Shown piece after piece: positions 29,901 through 44,900 of a stretch of 64,000 bases of DNA. This stretch comes from Candidatus Helarchaeota archaeon. Lineage in GTDB: Archaea; Asgardarchaeota; Lokiarchaeia; Helarchaeales; RDOG01. How positions within the stretch are numbered: position 1 is the stretch's first letter; every line of letters starts with the position of its first letter. The notes under the pieces were generated by a model. It was given only the letters and a program-made list of their open reading frames with translations. It searched no databases and was not told the DNA's origin. Made by a program: the position numbers and the translations under genes. The stretch spans positions 977,432-1,041,431 of the forward strand of contig JAHPZH010000001.1 in assembly GCA_019058315.1 (NCBI GenBank), given 5' to 3'.

Positions 29901-32900
29901 ATAAAGAACACTAATTTCATCTTCATCCGTTACGTTAATAATATCATTAAAATCATCACTGCCTCCCATAGTAAAAGTGAATGTTCCTGTAAATTCCCCT
30001 GTATTAATATTTGTCTCATTTAATGTAACTGTTATTCCTATTAAATCAGTAGAGCTATTCACAGTCACATCTGCCGTATCATTTACACCAGAGTCTACAT
30101 TCAAATCTTGATCAATTACTGTAATCTTTGCAACTGCTAAAGTGCCGTAATAAGTGCTAGAATTTAAAACTACTGTTCCTGTTTCAGTTTCTAGCCATGT
30201 CGCATTAGCTATAAGTTCAACGGGTATACCTTCTTCATTTCTAGCTTCAGAATATGTAACATTTATGGTATTTTGATTTGCAATTTTAATAATATTGCTA
30301 GGATCGTCACTGGCAGTTAAGCTTACAGTAAAAATTCCAGTAAAATTAGCTGATGTACCTGTTGTTTCAGACAATGTTACAGATATTCCAACAAGATCGC
30401 TATCACTTGTAACAGACACACTAACGGTATCTATTCCTCCAGTAATGTTTAAGTCCTCATCAAAAACCTTGACGAATATCACTGCATCTACTCCATAATA
30501 AACTGATGAATTAAGTTGAATAGAACCACTAAAGGTTTGAATCCAAGTAGCAGTATCAGTGGGGCTTGCAGAAGCTCCAGTCACTGTATATTGATCATCA
30601 TATCTTACAGTGACGGAATCACCACTTATAGCATGTATTATTTCCAAACCATCATTACTACCTGTTGTGTTAAACGTGAATAGTCCGATAAAGACGCCAG
30701 TGCTAGGTCCTGTTTCTGTACATGTTACATTTATACCTGCTGGATCACTTGTACTGGTTACATTTATTTCAACTATATCAGCTCCTCCAGTAACATCCAG
30801 ATCAGAATCACTAACCGTTATGTTTCCTACTGCAGCTGTTCCATAATAAATAACTTTATCTAAAGCAATACTACCGGTGTCTGTAGCAATCCAAATAGCT
30901 GTGTCATTTGGTCTTGCTGCGGGACCTATGGCAGTGTGAGAATCATTATACAAAGCCATAACTGTGTCACTATCTACGGCCCAAATAATATCAGAAGCGT
31001 CATCACTTGGAGATGATGTCTTAAAGGTAAAGGTTCCAGTAAAGATTCCAGTATTATTTCCCGTTTCATAAAGTCGAATTAAAATACCCGATGGATCTGA
31101 GCTACTATTTATATTGACCCTAAACCATTCGATATTTCCGGAATCAAGATTCATATCGTTATCATTCACTGTAACTGTAGCTTCAGCTCCTGTTCCATAA
31201 TAATATTCCTCATCCATCAAGATTGTTCCCGTAAAAGTCTCATCCCAAGTTGCGGTATCTGTAGGGTTCGCAGCAGGTCCAGAAGCTGTGTGTTCATCAT
31301 AATATTTAGCAGTAATTGTTTCTAAGTTAGATACTTGAAGTATATTACTTGCATTATCACTTATAGTAGTACTAAAAGTCACATTTCCAATGAATGTACC
31401 GGTATTAGGTCCAGTTTCAATTAAATCAACCATAATTCCAGCGGGAGTAGATGGACTTGTCACATTAACATAAATTACTTCGGTAGTTATTGAACTTCTA
31501 TTATGATCAAGATCATAAACAGTTATTTCCATAATTGCTCCTGTACCATAATATATAATATCATCTAAATTAATACTTCCTGTATATGTCTTTATCCAGT
31601 ATGCAGTATCAAAGTGATAATCAAGTATACCGGTTTCATTTCGTGTATCTGTACAATTTACTTGTATAATAGTGCCATTTCGAGCATAAATAATTCTACT
31701 TCCAGGAATGCTACCAGTTTGACTAAAGAAGAATGTATTAGTAAATATTCCAGTATTAATACCCGTTTCAGTTAATGTTAGTGAAAATCCTACTAAATCT
31801 AAAGTTGAACTTAAATATATTTGAGTAGTTTCAATTAATCCTGGGAAATTATTAAGATCTCGGTCGTCTAAACTTACTGTGGCTACAGTAGCTGTTCCAT
31901 AATAATATTGTGCATCCAAAGTCAAATTACCTGTAAATGTTTCAATCCATTGGCTAGTTGTCATTAAAATATTAGTTAAACCACTTCCATTAGATAGGTC
32001 TGTATATAGAACGTTAATTATGTCTCCATCGAGTGCTTGAATTGTATATCCGTCTAGACTAGATGTTTGGCTAAAGTTAAATGTTCCAATAAAGGTAGCA
32101 GTATTGATTCCAGTTTCAATTAATGTGACATTTATCCCAATTTGATTTGTAGAACTATTTACTGTCACATTAACAGTATCAAAATCACCAGGATTTATAT
32201 TTAAATCCTCATCTGTTACAGTAATATTTGCTATAGCTCCAGAACCATAATATGTGAGTGAATCTATTTGTAATGTTCCTGTATCAGTAATATGCCAGAT
32301 TGAGCTATTCTTTCGTGTCATTGCTGTTCCTGATATGTTTCTAGCATCTTGATATATACAATTAACAGAATCTAAGTCAGAAACTCTAAGCAATCTTAAG
32401 GCAGAACTACTTGTAGTTAATGAAAAGGTGAAGTTTCCTTTGAATTCATTAGAATCTACTCCAGTCTCAGTAAGAGTTAGTGTAATTCCCGTAGGGTTGG
32501 TTGTACTGTTTACATTAATAATTTTAGATTCTATTATAGTTGAATTTTGATTCAAATCATCGTCAATTAAAGTAACAATTGCAGTTGTAAGTCCGTAATA
32601 ATCGGTACTATCAAATGTTATATTACCAGTATGGGTCTCAATCCAAGTAAATGTATAATTGCTCCATTCATATATATCACTTATATTAAGATCCCAATAC
32701 CAAATCCATACAGAGTCACTACCTTGGACATATATACGATCTAATACATTGTCGCTAGGAGCAGTTGTTTTAAAGGTAAAGCTGCCAGTAAATATTCCCG
32801 TGTTGATATCGGTTTCCGTTAGATCGACATTAATCGTACCCGGATCGGAATCACTACTCACATTAACTTCTATTAAATCAATTGCATATGCATCAATGTC

Positions 32901-35900
32901 TTCATCTCTGTCTATAAGAGTGATATCTACAAATGCAGCTGTTCCATAGTAAGTATCTGTTACAAATGAATACTCAGTAGTCACATGTTCAGTCCATAAT
33001 GCTGTATCAATAGATTGTGCAGGATTACCTCCAGCATCATTTTCATCATCATAAGTTACAGTAATTATACTGCCATTATCCACTTGAATTTGGTCTAATG
33101 CATCGTTACTCACCGTCATATTATAACCAAGACTACCAACGAATATACCAGTACTATTACCTGTTTCAGTTAAGGTTACGAGAATTCCTGTTGCATCAAC
33201 ACTGCTTGTAACTTTTATATCGAAAGTATCAATTGCACCTACATCCCTATTCTCATCTTCGTCTGTTAATGTTATGGTTGCATAGTGATTAATTGTTTGA
33301 TACCATGTGTCATCAAATACTGCAACTCCAGTTACGTATTCATTCCATGTTACAGTATCTGTGACGTTTTTAGGCTTTCCTGTAATATCCCATCTATCTA
33401 AGTAGCGAGAAGATACAAATGTATTGTCTTGAACGTGAATGGTATTATTTGATTCCCAACTGCCTAATTTACTGAAATTAAGTTGGGTTGTAAATATGCC
33501 TGAACTTATAGCCGTTTCAGTTAGAGTTATATTAATTCCTGTAGAATCGAGAGTGCTAGTTACGATTACCCAAACTTGATCATAACCGATTTTATTTTCA
33601 TTTGCATCAGAATCAGTTATAGTTATTATTGCGGATTCACCAGTACCATATCCTTCACTATCAAATCCAATCGTTCCGGTTACGGTAACAGTCATATTAG
33701 CATAAGCATAAACATCTGCAGGTGCTCCACTATTTGTATGAACATCATAATAATAAGCAGTAATTATATCACCGTCAGACACGTGAAGTGTGCGGGGAGT
33801 CGTTGCATTCGAACTTGATGCACTCGTGGGCTTAAATACACCAACAAAGATGCCGGTATTAACCCCTGTTTCAGTACATGGAACAATAATCCCTCCGGGA
33901 CTATCACTAGTGGATGTTACGAAAATATTGACAACTTGTATAGTTCCAGAACCTGTATTTAAATCATTATCTGTTACAGTAATTTCTGCAATCTGACCTG
34001 TTCTATATGAAGATGAATTTAATCCAATTGATCCTGTAATTGTTGCAATCCAATAAGCAAAATCTTTTACTCTTGCAGATGCACCAGTTATAGTATATGT
34101 GTCATTATAGATTGCTCTTACTATATCATCATCTTGAGCCCAAATTAAATCTAAAACATCATTACTGCTAGTTGTATTAAATTTGAATGTTCCTTGAAAT
34201 ATACTCGAGTCAGGGAGAGTTTCGGCTAATTGTACCGTTATACCAGTAGGATCACTGGAACTATTAACATTTACAGTAACATAATTTATTGCAGAAGGAT
34301 TCGTGTTTAAATCAATATCTATGACCTCTATTGTAGCCTCGGCATCGGTACCATAGTAATTTAATTCATCTAATGTTATAGTACCAGTATGAGTTTCTCT
34401 CCAATAAGCAGTATCGAGAGAAGTTCCTGGGTTTCCTGTAATTGTATGCGTATCATTATAACGAACTGTAATTAAATCATCATCAAGGGCCAAAATGATA
34501 TCCGCAGGATCATTGCTAGCTGCTGTGGAGAATTCAAAATCACCTTGGAAATTATTGCTATTGATCCCAGTTTCAGTTAATAAAACATTAATTCCTATCA
34601 GATCACTTGCACTCCACACATCAATAGAAACTGTCTGAGGAGTTAATGGATTCGTATTTAAATCAGAATCAGTTACAATTACTGTTGCTATTGCTGCAGT
34701 TCCGTAATAATTCTCAGCATTTAATGCAATACTTCCAGTTTCTGTTTCAATCCATAAAGCAGATTTCTTTGGTCTCGCTGAAGCTCCAGTAACTGTATGA
34801 GTATCATTATAAATTGCCCTTACAGTATCTCCATCTAGAGCCCAAATTAAATCACTTGGATCATCACTTCCCGAGATACTAAACTTGAATGTCCCGGTAA
34901 ATATACCAGTGTTGATATTTGTTTCTGTTAGTTGTACGTTTATTCCAGAATTATCACTGGTACTATTAACATTCACAGTAACATAATTTATTGCTGAAGG
35001 ATTTGTGTTTAAATCAGCATCATTTACTATAACTTGTGCAACTGCAGCGGTTCCATAATAAGTTGTAGAATTTAGATTAATACTTCCTGTAGTAGTTTGC
35101 TCCCAAATCGCACTATCAGATGGTATTGCAGAAGCACCAGTAACAGTATGTGTATCATAATAAATTGATTTAACAGTATTTCCATCAAGTGCCTGAATCT
35201 TATCGTTAATATCATCACTTGGACCTGTAGTAAATTGGAAAGTACCTCTAAATATTGAAGAATTTTGAGGAATAGCTCCTGTTTCAGTTAATATAACATT
35301 TATTCCTATGGAATCAGATGTGCTATTTACTTTTACATTTACTGTTTCGGTTATGGTTGGGTTAGTGTTCAAATCGGCATCAGTAACAGTAATAGTAGCT
35401 ATGGCTGCTGTTCCATAATAGGTTGTCTTATCTAATGTTATATCACCAGTACTTGTTTTTATCCATATAGCAGTATCCGTCTTGTTAGAGGCTGGTCCAC
35501 TTGCGGTATGTGCGTCAAGGTATCTTGCTGTAATTGTATCACCATCAGAAACCCAAATTTCATCATCAATATCACTACTAGAGGAAGTGTCAACATAGAA
35601 ATATCCTTGAAATATACTTGTATTTACGCCAGTCTCATATAATCGGACAGTAATTCCTGGAGAAGGATCCGATGTACTAGTGACTTTAATATCAACTGTT
35701 TGATTTGTTGCTGGATTTGTATTCAAATCAATATCTGTAACAATTATTAGTCCAGTAGCACCTGTTCCATAATAAGTTGTTTGTTCAATATTTATAGTGC
35801 CACTATAAGTCTTTTCCCAAACTGCACTGTCACTTGGTCTTGCAGAGGTTCCAGTAATTGTATATGTGTCGTTATATATTACCATTATATTATGTCCATC

Positions 35901-38900
35901 AAGAACTTTAATTATATCATTGATATCATCACTTGCACCAGTAGTAAATGTGAAGGAACCTGTGAAAATACTGGTATCAGGACCAGTCTCCTCCAAATTA
36001 ACAGTGATGCCAATAGGATCATCCGTACTATTCAGATTCACGTCAACGTCATTTATTACTAGTGGATTAGTATTTAAATCTTCATCTTCTACCGTTATTA
36101 GCGCACTTGCGGCAGTCCCGTAATAGGTTGCTTTATCCAAGGTAATAGTTCCTGTGTCGGTTTCTATCCAAATAGCAGTATCCGACTTGTTTGTGGTTAT
36201 ACCAATTGCGGTATGGGCATCTAGATATATTGCTTTCATAGTATTTCCATCAGCAACTTGAATTTTATCATTAATATCACTGCTAACTATCGTATCAACA
36301 TAAAAATATCCAGTAAATGTGCTTGCATTTAAACTCGTCTCATATAATCGAACAGTTATGCCAGCATTATCACTAGTACTATTAACCTTAATATCTACAT
36401 AATTCGTACTGTAAGGATCTGTATTCAAATCAGCATCTGTAACCGTTACTAGTGCTGAAACACCAGTTCCATAATAAATAGATTCTTGAATATTTATTGT
36501 TCCACTGAATGTTTCATCCCAAGTTGCATCAGTAGTCTGTACAACAGATACTCCCGTTACATCATGTGCATCTGCATATCTAGCAGTAATAATGCTACCA
36601 TCCAATGCATATATAATATCATTGAAATCATCACTTGCGGATTGACTAAATTCTAAAGTACCGATAAATTGACTTGTATTTACATCTGTTTCAACTAATT
36701 GAACCGAAATACCACCAGGAGGCCATGGATCATCAGTGCTCCAAACTCTTACATTAACTGTATCATTATCATACTGATCAATGTTTAAATCAGAATCTAC
36801 TACTGTAATAACCGCGACGGCTGCAGTGCCGAAATAAGTTGAGGCATCGAAATTAATTGATCCTGTAGCTGTTTGGTCCCATATTATATTTTTTACTATT
36901 GTTGCATTTTCTCCAGTGCTGGTATGGATGTCTTCATATATTAAAGTGACATTATCTAAATCAGCAACCTTAATTTTTCTATTAGCAGAATCACTAGCTC
37001 CAGTTGTGAATGTAAAACTTCTTCTAAATTTTTGACTATTATTTGATAGTTCTATTAATTCAATTTGAAAACCTATAGGATCTGAATCACTTGATATATT
37101 TATCCAATAAGATTCTATTAATGAGGGATTTGTGTTTAGATCTGCATCTGTTAATGTAATCCATGCCACAGCTAAACCACCATAGTACATAATTTCATCT
37201 TCTTCATTAGTTTCATGATCATCAATAACCATAGTAGCAGTATAAGTCTTTATCCATTCACCGAGAGCAGTTCTTGTTTGAGGAAGCCCATTAATATCAT
37301 ATTGTTCAGTATATATTGCTGAGATTACATCTCCACCAGTAACTTTAATTAAGTCCAAAGGATCATTACTTGTTCCAGTTGTAAAGTTAAATATTCCTTC
37401 AAATGCTGATGAATTTGTTCCAGTCTCTGTCAAAACAACTTGTATACCGACAGGATCTGCCGTACTTGTGACATTTATAGTCACTGTTTCAGTTACGCTT
37501 GGGTTAGTGTTCAAATCAGGATCGGTAACACGGACTTGAGCATATGAATCAGTTCCATAAAATTCGTCTGGACCAATATAAGTTATAGTCCCAGTCCAAG
37601 TTTTTACCCAACTTGAAGAATTTGATACATAATCAGAAAGTCCAGTTACACTCATTTCATCATTATAATAAACATAAACATTATTTCCATCTTCAATATG
37701 AATTCTTACTGTGACATTACTACTTGCAGTTGATATAAAAGTAAAAGTACCTTGAAATATACCTGAACTACTAGTAGTTTCAGTTAAATTAACATTTATG
37801 AAATCTCCAGAAGAGGTACTATTTACTGTAACCATAAACCACTGTACAGTTGCATCATCTGTATTAACATCTGAATCATAAACAGTAATAGTTGCAGTTG
37901 AATGTCCAAAGTATTCATCAGCATCTAAAATGACTATTCCTGTGACTGTTGCATTCCAAGTAGCTGTATCTGTGTCCGAATCTGGAAAACCAGTTTCATT
38001 CAACGCATCAGTATATGTTGCATAAATCATATCTCCATCTTGAGCCCAAATTATATCATTATCATCGTCACTAGAAGTTAAATTAAATGTGAAGGTACCA
38101 TTAAATATTCCTGTATTGGGACCTGTCTCAGTTAATTGAACTGTAATACTCGAAGGATCTGAATCACTACTTACAATTACATTTACTGTTTGAGATGTTC
38201 CAGGATTTGTATTTAAATCATTATCATTTACTGTGATTACAGCCTCTGCAAGAGTGCCATTATATTGATCATAATCTAAATCAATAGTTCCCGTAATAGT
38301 AGCAATCCATGTTGCCGTATCATTCGGATTATTTGGTACACCATTGGCATTAAATGCGTCAGCATATATTGCTGTAACAACTTCTTGAGGTGCAGCTATT
38401 CCGATTAAATCTGAGCTATCATTACTGAAACCTAGGTTAAATCCAAAAGATCCTGTAAATATTGAAGAGCTTATACTATTTTCAGTAATAATAACTGAGA
38501 TTGGAGTGCCAGTGGAACTTTGAACAGTTATTGAGGACTGTTCAATCGTAGTATTATCTGTATTTAAATCAGCATCTGTAACTGTAACTGTAGCAATATC
38601 TCCAGTTCCAAAATATTGAATTTCATCTAAAGTAATAGTTCCTGTATAATATTTCGTCCAAGTTGCATTTTTAAATGGATGTTTATTAGCTCCAGTTGCA
38701 TCAAGAGTATCGTTATATTCAACTATAACCCATTGAGGTGAGGCATCATCAGTCATACCAATTTGTCTAGATGCATTATTACTACTAGTACCGAATACGA
38801 ACCATCCAGTAAATATACCAGTATCAACTCCTGTTTCGGTTACGGTTAAATTGACCCAGCCTGGTGCATCTTTACTTGTGATGTTTACCCAAGCTATATC

Positions 38901-41900
38901 TATAGATACATCAAATAGATTTAAATCGCTGTCCGTAACTGTAACATACACAGTATATACATATCCCGTATAACTTGTTTTATCTATTTGAATTATTCCA
39001 GTAGTAGATTTACGCCATATAGCTGTATCAATTGGATTTGCTGGATTTCCATCATCGGCATGCTCATCATTATATTGAACTGTAATAGTTCCTTCATCAA
39101 CAACACGAATAATATCAAGAGTGTCATTACTTGTGCCAACATCAGTAAATGTAAAAGTACCTCTAAATTCTCCTGGAGTAGCAACTTCTTCAGTACATTC
39201 TACGGTAATACCAGTAGGATCTGTAGTACTTACTACCGAAATATTAACAGCATCTTGTCCTGGAGTAACATCTAAATCCGAATCAATTACTGTAATTATT
39301 GCAGTCTCACCAGTTCCATAACGATCTTTATTCAGAACTATAGTTCCAGTATAAGTGGCATACCAAATAGCCGTATCAGTTGTACTAACTTGAGCTCCTG
39401 TAATGTCGTGGATATCAATATAAGTAACCGTTACATTATCCCCATCGGAAACATAAATCTCATCAGCAGTATCATTACTTTGAATCTTGCTAAAACTGAA
39501 ATATCCCTGGAAGAGTCCACTATTAAATGCAGTTTCAGTAAGAGTCACCGAAATACCAGTGGCATCACTATCGCTTGTAACATAAATCACTACTGTTTCT
39601 TTCACGCTTGGATTTTGATTCAAATCAGCATCATTAACAGTTACTATAGGACTTTCACCAGTAATATAAGAAACTGCATCAAGATAAATAGATCCAGTAA
39701 CTGTTTCAATCCAAGTTGCGGTATCTGTAGGACTGGCAGAAGCTCCAGAAACATCATGAGCGTCATAATATGTAACTGTTACAATATCATCATCAGTAAC
39801 ATGAATCCAATCATCTATATCACTACTACTCGATGTATTAAAAGTAAAAGTACCTGTGAATATACCAGTTTTAACACCAGTCTCACTAAGTGTGACATTA
39901 ATACCCGTTCCATCAGTATCACTTGTTATAGTTACATTAACAGTATCAATAACAGTGGAATTTTCATTCAAATCTGAATCTGTAACTGTTATTGAAGCAG
40001 CCCCAGTTCCATAGTAAGTGATTTTATCCAATAATACAGAACCGGTAACTGTAGCTATAAAGATTGCAGAATCCGTTACCGTTGCTGGAGAACCAGTTGC
40101 TGTATAAGCATCATTATAGCTTACGGTAACTATTGAACCGTTTACGACTTTAATTTTATGTGCAGCTTGACTACTAGATCCGAATGTAAAGCCGAAGAAA
40201 CCTGTAAAATTACCAGTAGTGGCTCCAGTCTCTGTTAATTCCACGGTTATAGATCCAGCGGCAGGAGCTGTGCTTGATACGGTAATAATAACGGTATCTG
40301 GAGAACCGGATGTATCTAAATCTTCATCAATAACAAATACATTTGGGGATTCTCCCGTAATATATTCCGTTGCATCAAGTTCAATAGTACCTGTATGAGT
40401 CTCAATCCAAGTTGCAGTATCTGTAGGACTGGCAGCAGCACCAGTTACAGTATATTGATCATCATATCTTGCATAAATAGTATCTCCATCAAGAGCCAAT
40501 ATTATGTCCGATCCATCATTGCTAGCAGTCATATTAAATGTGAAGTTACCAGTAAAGATACCAGTATTTACCCCTGTTTCTTGACAGGTTACGTTAATAC
40601 CTCCAGTATCACTGTCACTGGTAACATTGATATTTACAAATTCAATAGCACTAGGGTTAGTGTTCAAGTCTGAATCAGTTACCGTGATTATTGACATGGC
40701 TCCTGTTCCGTAATAAACAGTATCATCTAAAATTATTGTACCTGTCACAGTAGCAGTCCAAATTGCTGTATCGGTTCTATATGATGAAGCTCCTGAAGCT
40801 ATATGAACATCAAAATATCTTATAGTAACTGTATTACCATCTTGAGCCCAGATTTTATCATTTGTATCATCGCTTGGAGATGTGGTCTTGAAACCAAAAG
40901 TTCCAATGAAAATACCTGTCTGTCCTCCTGTTTCATCTAATGTTACATTAATTCCTGAAGAATCACTTGTACTTATTACATTGACATCTATATGATCTAT
41001 AGCTGGAGAAGTATCCAGATCTGGGTCAGTTACATTTATAGTTGCTAAAGCTCCAGTTCCGAAATATTCACTGGCATCGAGATTAACTATACCTGTGTGA
41101 GTTTCTATCCAAACTGCATCATCAGTCTGGCTTGCAGGGGCTCCAGTTAAGGTGTGTTCATCATCATATGTTGCAGTAACTGTATCACCATCTGCGATAG
41201 TAACTCCACCTCCTTGAAATTGGAATGAATCGGTAAATATTCCAGATGTACCAGTAGTTTCTGTTAATATAATAATGATTCCTGTGGGATCACTAGTACT
41301 AGAAATATTTACATTTACTGTATCAGCTCCCCCAGTAATGTTTAGATCGGAATCAATAACAGTTATATCTCCTATTGCTCCAGTTCCATAATAATATTCT
41401 TCATCCCAAGTAATACTACCGGTTACGGTAGCAATCCATGTGGCAGTATCAGTTGTATAACCTGACTTACCAGTAACTCTTCGTGTATCATTATATCGAA
41501 CAGTAATTGTATCTCCATCATTAATAGTAATTGAACCTAGTATTAGAAAATTAAGCTGAAATATACCAGTTGAAGGTCCAGTTTCGGTTAATTCTAATAA
41601 TGTACCAGTAAGATCGCTTGTACTTCTATATGTAATATTAACACTATCTGCTGAACCCGTTGTATCTAAATCCCAATCATTAACAATGACAGTTGCAGTT
41701 GCTGCAGTACCATAGTATGTTTCTTGATTAAGTGCAATTGTTCCTGTATAAGTCTGAATCCATGTTGCAGTATTAGTAATATTGGAGGAAACTCCTGTTG
41801 CTATATGTTCATCCTCATAACGTACAGTAACTGTATCGTCATCAATGGCCCAAATAATATCAGCAGGGTCATTACTAGCTGTTGTTGAAAATTCAAAGGT

Positions 41901-44900
41901 ACCATTAAATATTCCCGTATTGGGACCTGTTTCAGTTAATTGAACAACAATTCCCGAACTATCACTATCACTTGTAACGTAAACGTCAACAGTATCAGCA
42001 CTTCCAGTGACATCAAGATCAGAATCAGTTACGGTAATTTTAGCAACTGCAGCAGTACCATAATAATAACTTGCATTTAATACTACAATTCCTGTATGTG
42101 TAGCTATCCAAGTTGCTGAAGTTTTAGGTCTTGCTGAAGCTCCAGTAACAGTATACGTATCATTATAAATTGCTCTTACCGTATCTCCATCTTGGGCTTC
42201 AATTATATCATTAGGATCATCACTACTAACAGTGCTAAATTTAAATGTTTTTTGAAATATTCCAGTATCTGCTCCAGTTTCTGTTAATCTTACAATAATT
42301 CCTGGAGAATCTGATGAACTATTAACATTAATATCTACATAATTTACGATTGAAGGGTTAGTATTAAGGTCATTATCAGTAACTGTTATTAACGCTTGAG
42401 CTGCGGTACCGTAATAATTTGCTGCATCTAAAATAATTGTACCAGTTACTGTTGCAATCCAAGTAGCTGTATCAGTAGCATTACCAGATAAGCCTGAACT
42501 TTTGTGCTCATCATCATATCTCGCAGTTACTATATCATCATCTATAGCCCAAATCTCATCATCAATATCACTACTACTAGAAGTATCAAAATAAAATTGC
42601 CCTTGAAATACTCCAGTTAAAGATCCAGTTTCGGTTAATTCAACAGTAATACCATAACCATCACTTTCACTCGTAATATTCACATCAACTGAATCAATTC
42701 CAGTTGTAATATCAAGATCTTTGTCATTAACGGTGACATTTGCAATTGCATCGGTCCCATAATAATTTAATTGATTTAAGGTAATAGTTCCGGTTACAGT
42801 AGCTATCCAAATTGCAGAATCTTTTGGGGTTGCAGGAGCACCACCCGCTGTGTGTTCATCATTATATCTTGCCATAGTTGTATCTCCATCTTGGGCATGA
42901 ATAATATCGAGCACATCACTACTTGATGTTTGTGAAAATCTGAAAGTTCCAGTAAATGTAGAAGAATTTACTCCATTTTCTTGTAATGTTACAGTTATTC
43001 CCGGAATATCGATGCTACTATTAACATAAATATTTATAGACTCTTGTGTAAGTGCATCTTGATTCAAATCTGCATCAATTACAGTGACTGTTGCTTCTGC
43101 AGCTGTTCCGAAATATTCTGTGGCATCTAAACTAATTGATCCTGTTGCGGTTTCCACCCATTTAGCTTTATAAGTATGGTTCGCAGCAGGTCCTGTGACT
43201 ATATGTTCATCAAAATAAATTACAGTTACATTATCGTTATCTATTGCTTTAATAATATTACTAGGATCGTTACTTGCACTCTTACTAAAAGTGAAGGTTC
43301 CCCGAAATATCCCAGTTGTAGACCCGGTTTCGGTTAATTGGACGCTAATACCAGTTGAGTCACTCGTACTATTTACATCTACATCTACTGTGTCAGGACT
43401 TCCTGTTGTATCTAAATCAGCATCGGTAACAGTTATTCTAGCAACCACAGCAGTTCCATAGTAAGTAGTTGCATTTAACACAACTGATCCTGTGACAGTA
43501 GCCGTCCAAATTGCTGAATCAGTATCATAATTAGGAGATCCGGTTACATCTCTCGAATCATTATATCTTACTTGAATGGTATCACCATCTGTTGCCCAAA
43601 TAGTATCGGTTCCGCTTGCACTAGTACTAAATGAAATATATTTTGTGAAAATTCCTGTTGAGGGACCAGTTTCTGTTAAAGTAACAATAATTCCACTAGA
43701 ATCTAAAGTACTATTTACATTAACTGCAACTGAATCAGCACTGCCAGTTGTATCTAAATCCCAATCAGTAACTGTTATTAATGCTTGAGCTCCAGTACCA
43801 TAATAATTGGCAGAATCAAATTGCACATTGCCTGTAAACGTTTCAATCCAAGTAGCTGTATCATACACATCAACTGTTTGACCTGTAACATCATATTGAT
43901 CCTCATATTTTACAGTCACAACGTCTTGATCACTTACACTTAGATAATCTAATGGATCATTACTAGTTCCTGTTGTAAAATCAAAAGTTTCTGTAAAGAT
44001 GCCAGTATTCACACCAGTTTCAGTAAGTGTTACCCAAATTCCTGTGGTATCAGAATCACTATAAACGTTAACAGCTACAGAATCAAGTAAAGTTGGTTGA
44101 ATATTTAAATCGAAATCGTTAACTGTTATAGACGCAGTGGTTAATCCATAATATTGAGTTTTATCCAAAGAAACAGAACCACTAACTGTTGCAATCCATG
44201 TTGCAGAATCTGTTCTCACAGATGGAAAACCAGTAACATCCTTCAAATCATTATATATAACTTTTGTAGTGTTTCCATCGAGTACTTTAATAACATCTAG
44301 AGGATCATTACTACTAGATGTACTAAATGTAAAATTACCTACAAATACTCCCGTATCTGCCCCTGTTTCTGTAAGCAAGACATTAATACCGCTTGAATCG
44401 TCTGAACTATTTACTTTTACTGAAACAGTTTCAATTATTAATGGTTCTTCATTTTCATCAGAATCAGTGAGCGTAATAGTTGCTAAAGCTTGAGTGCCGT
44501 AATAGTTAGATTTGTCAAGGTTAATAATTCCAGTTACAGTTGCAATCCAAGTAGCAGTCTCAGTTACATTTTCTGCAGTTCCACCAACACCATGAGGATC
44601 AGTATAAATTACCCAAATTGTGGCACCATCGGCAATCCATATTCTCTGATAATTCACACTTGATGAAGTTGAAAAGTTGAAGTTTCCGGTAAATATACCT
44701 GTATTTGGACCAGTTTCAGAACAATTTATGTTTATTCCCACTCCATCTTCAGTGCTATTCACTAAAATTGTTACAGTTTCTGTAACTCCAGGTAATACGT
44801 TCAAATCTACATCTGTAATAGTAACATATGCTGTATCAGCAGTTCCATAATATTCGTTAGTATCCAGATCTAAAACACCAGTTACATATTGAGTCCAAGA

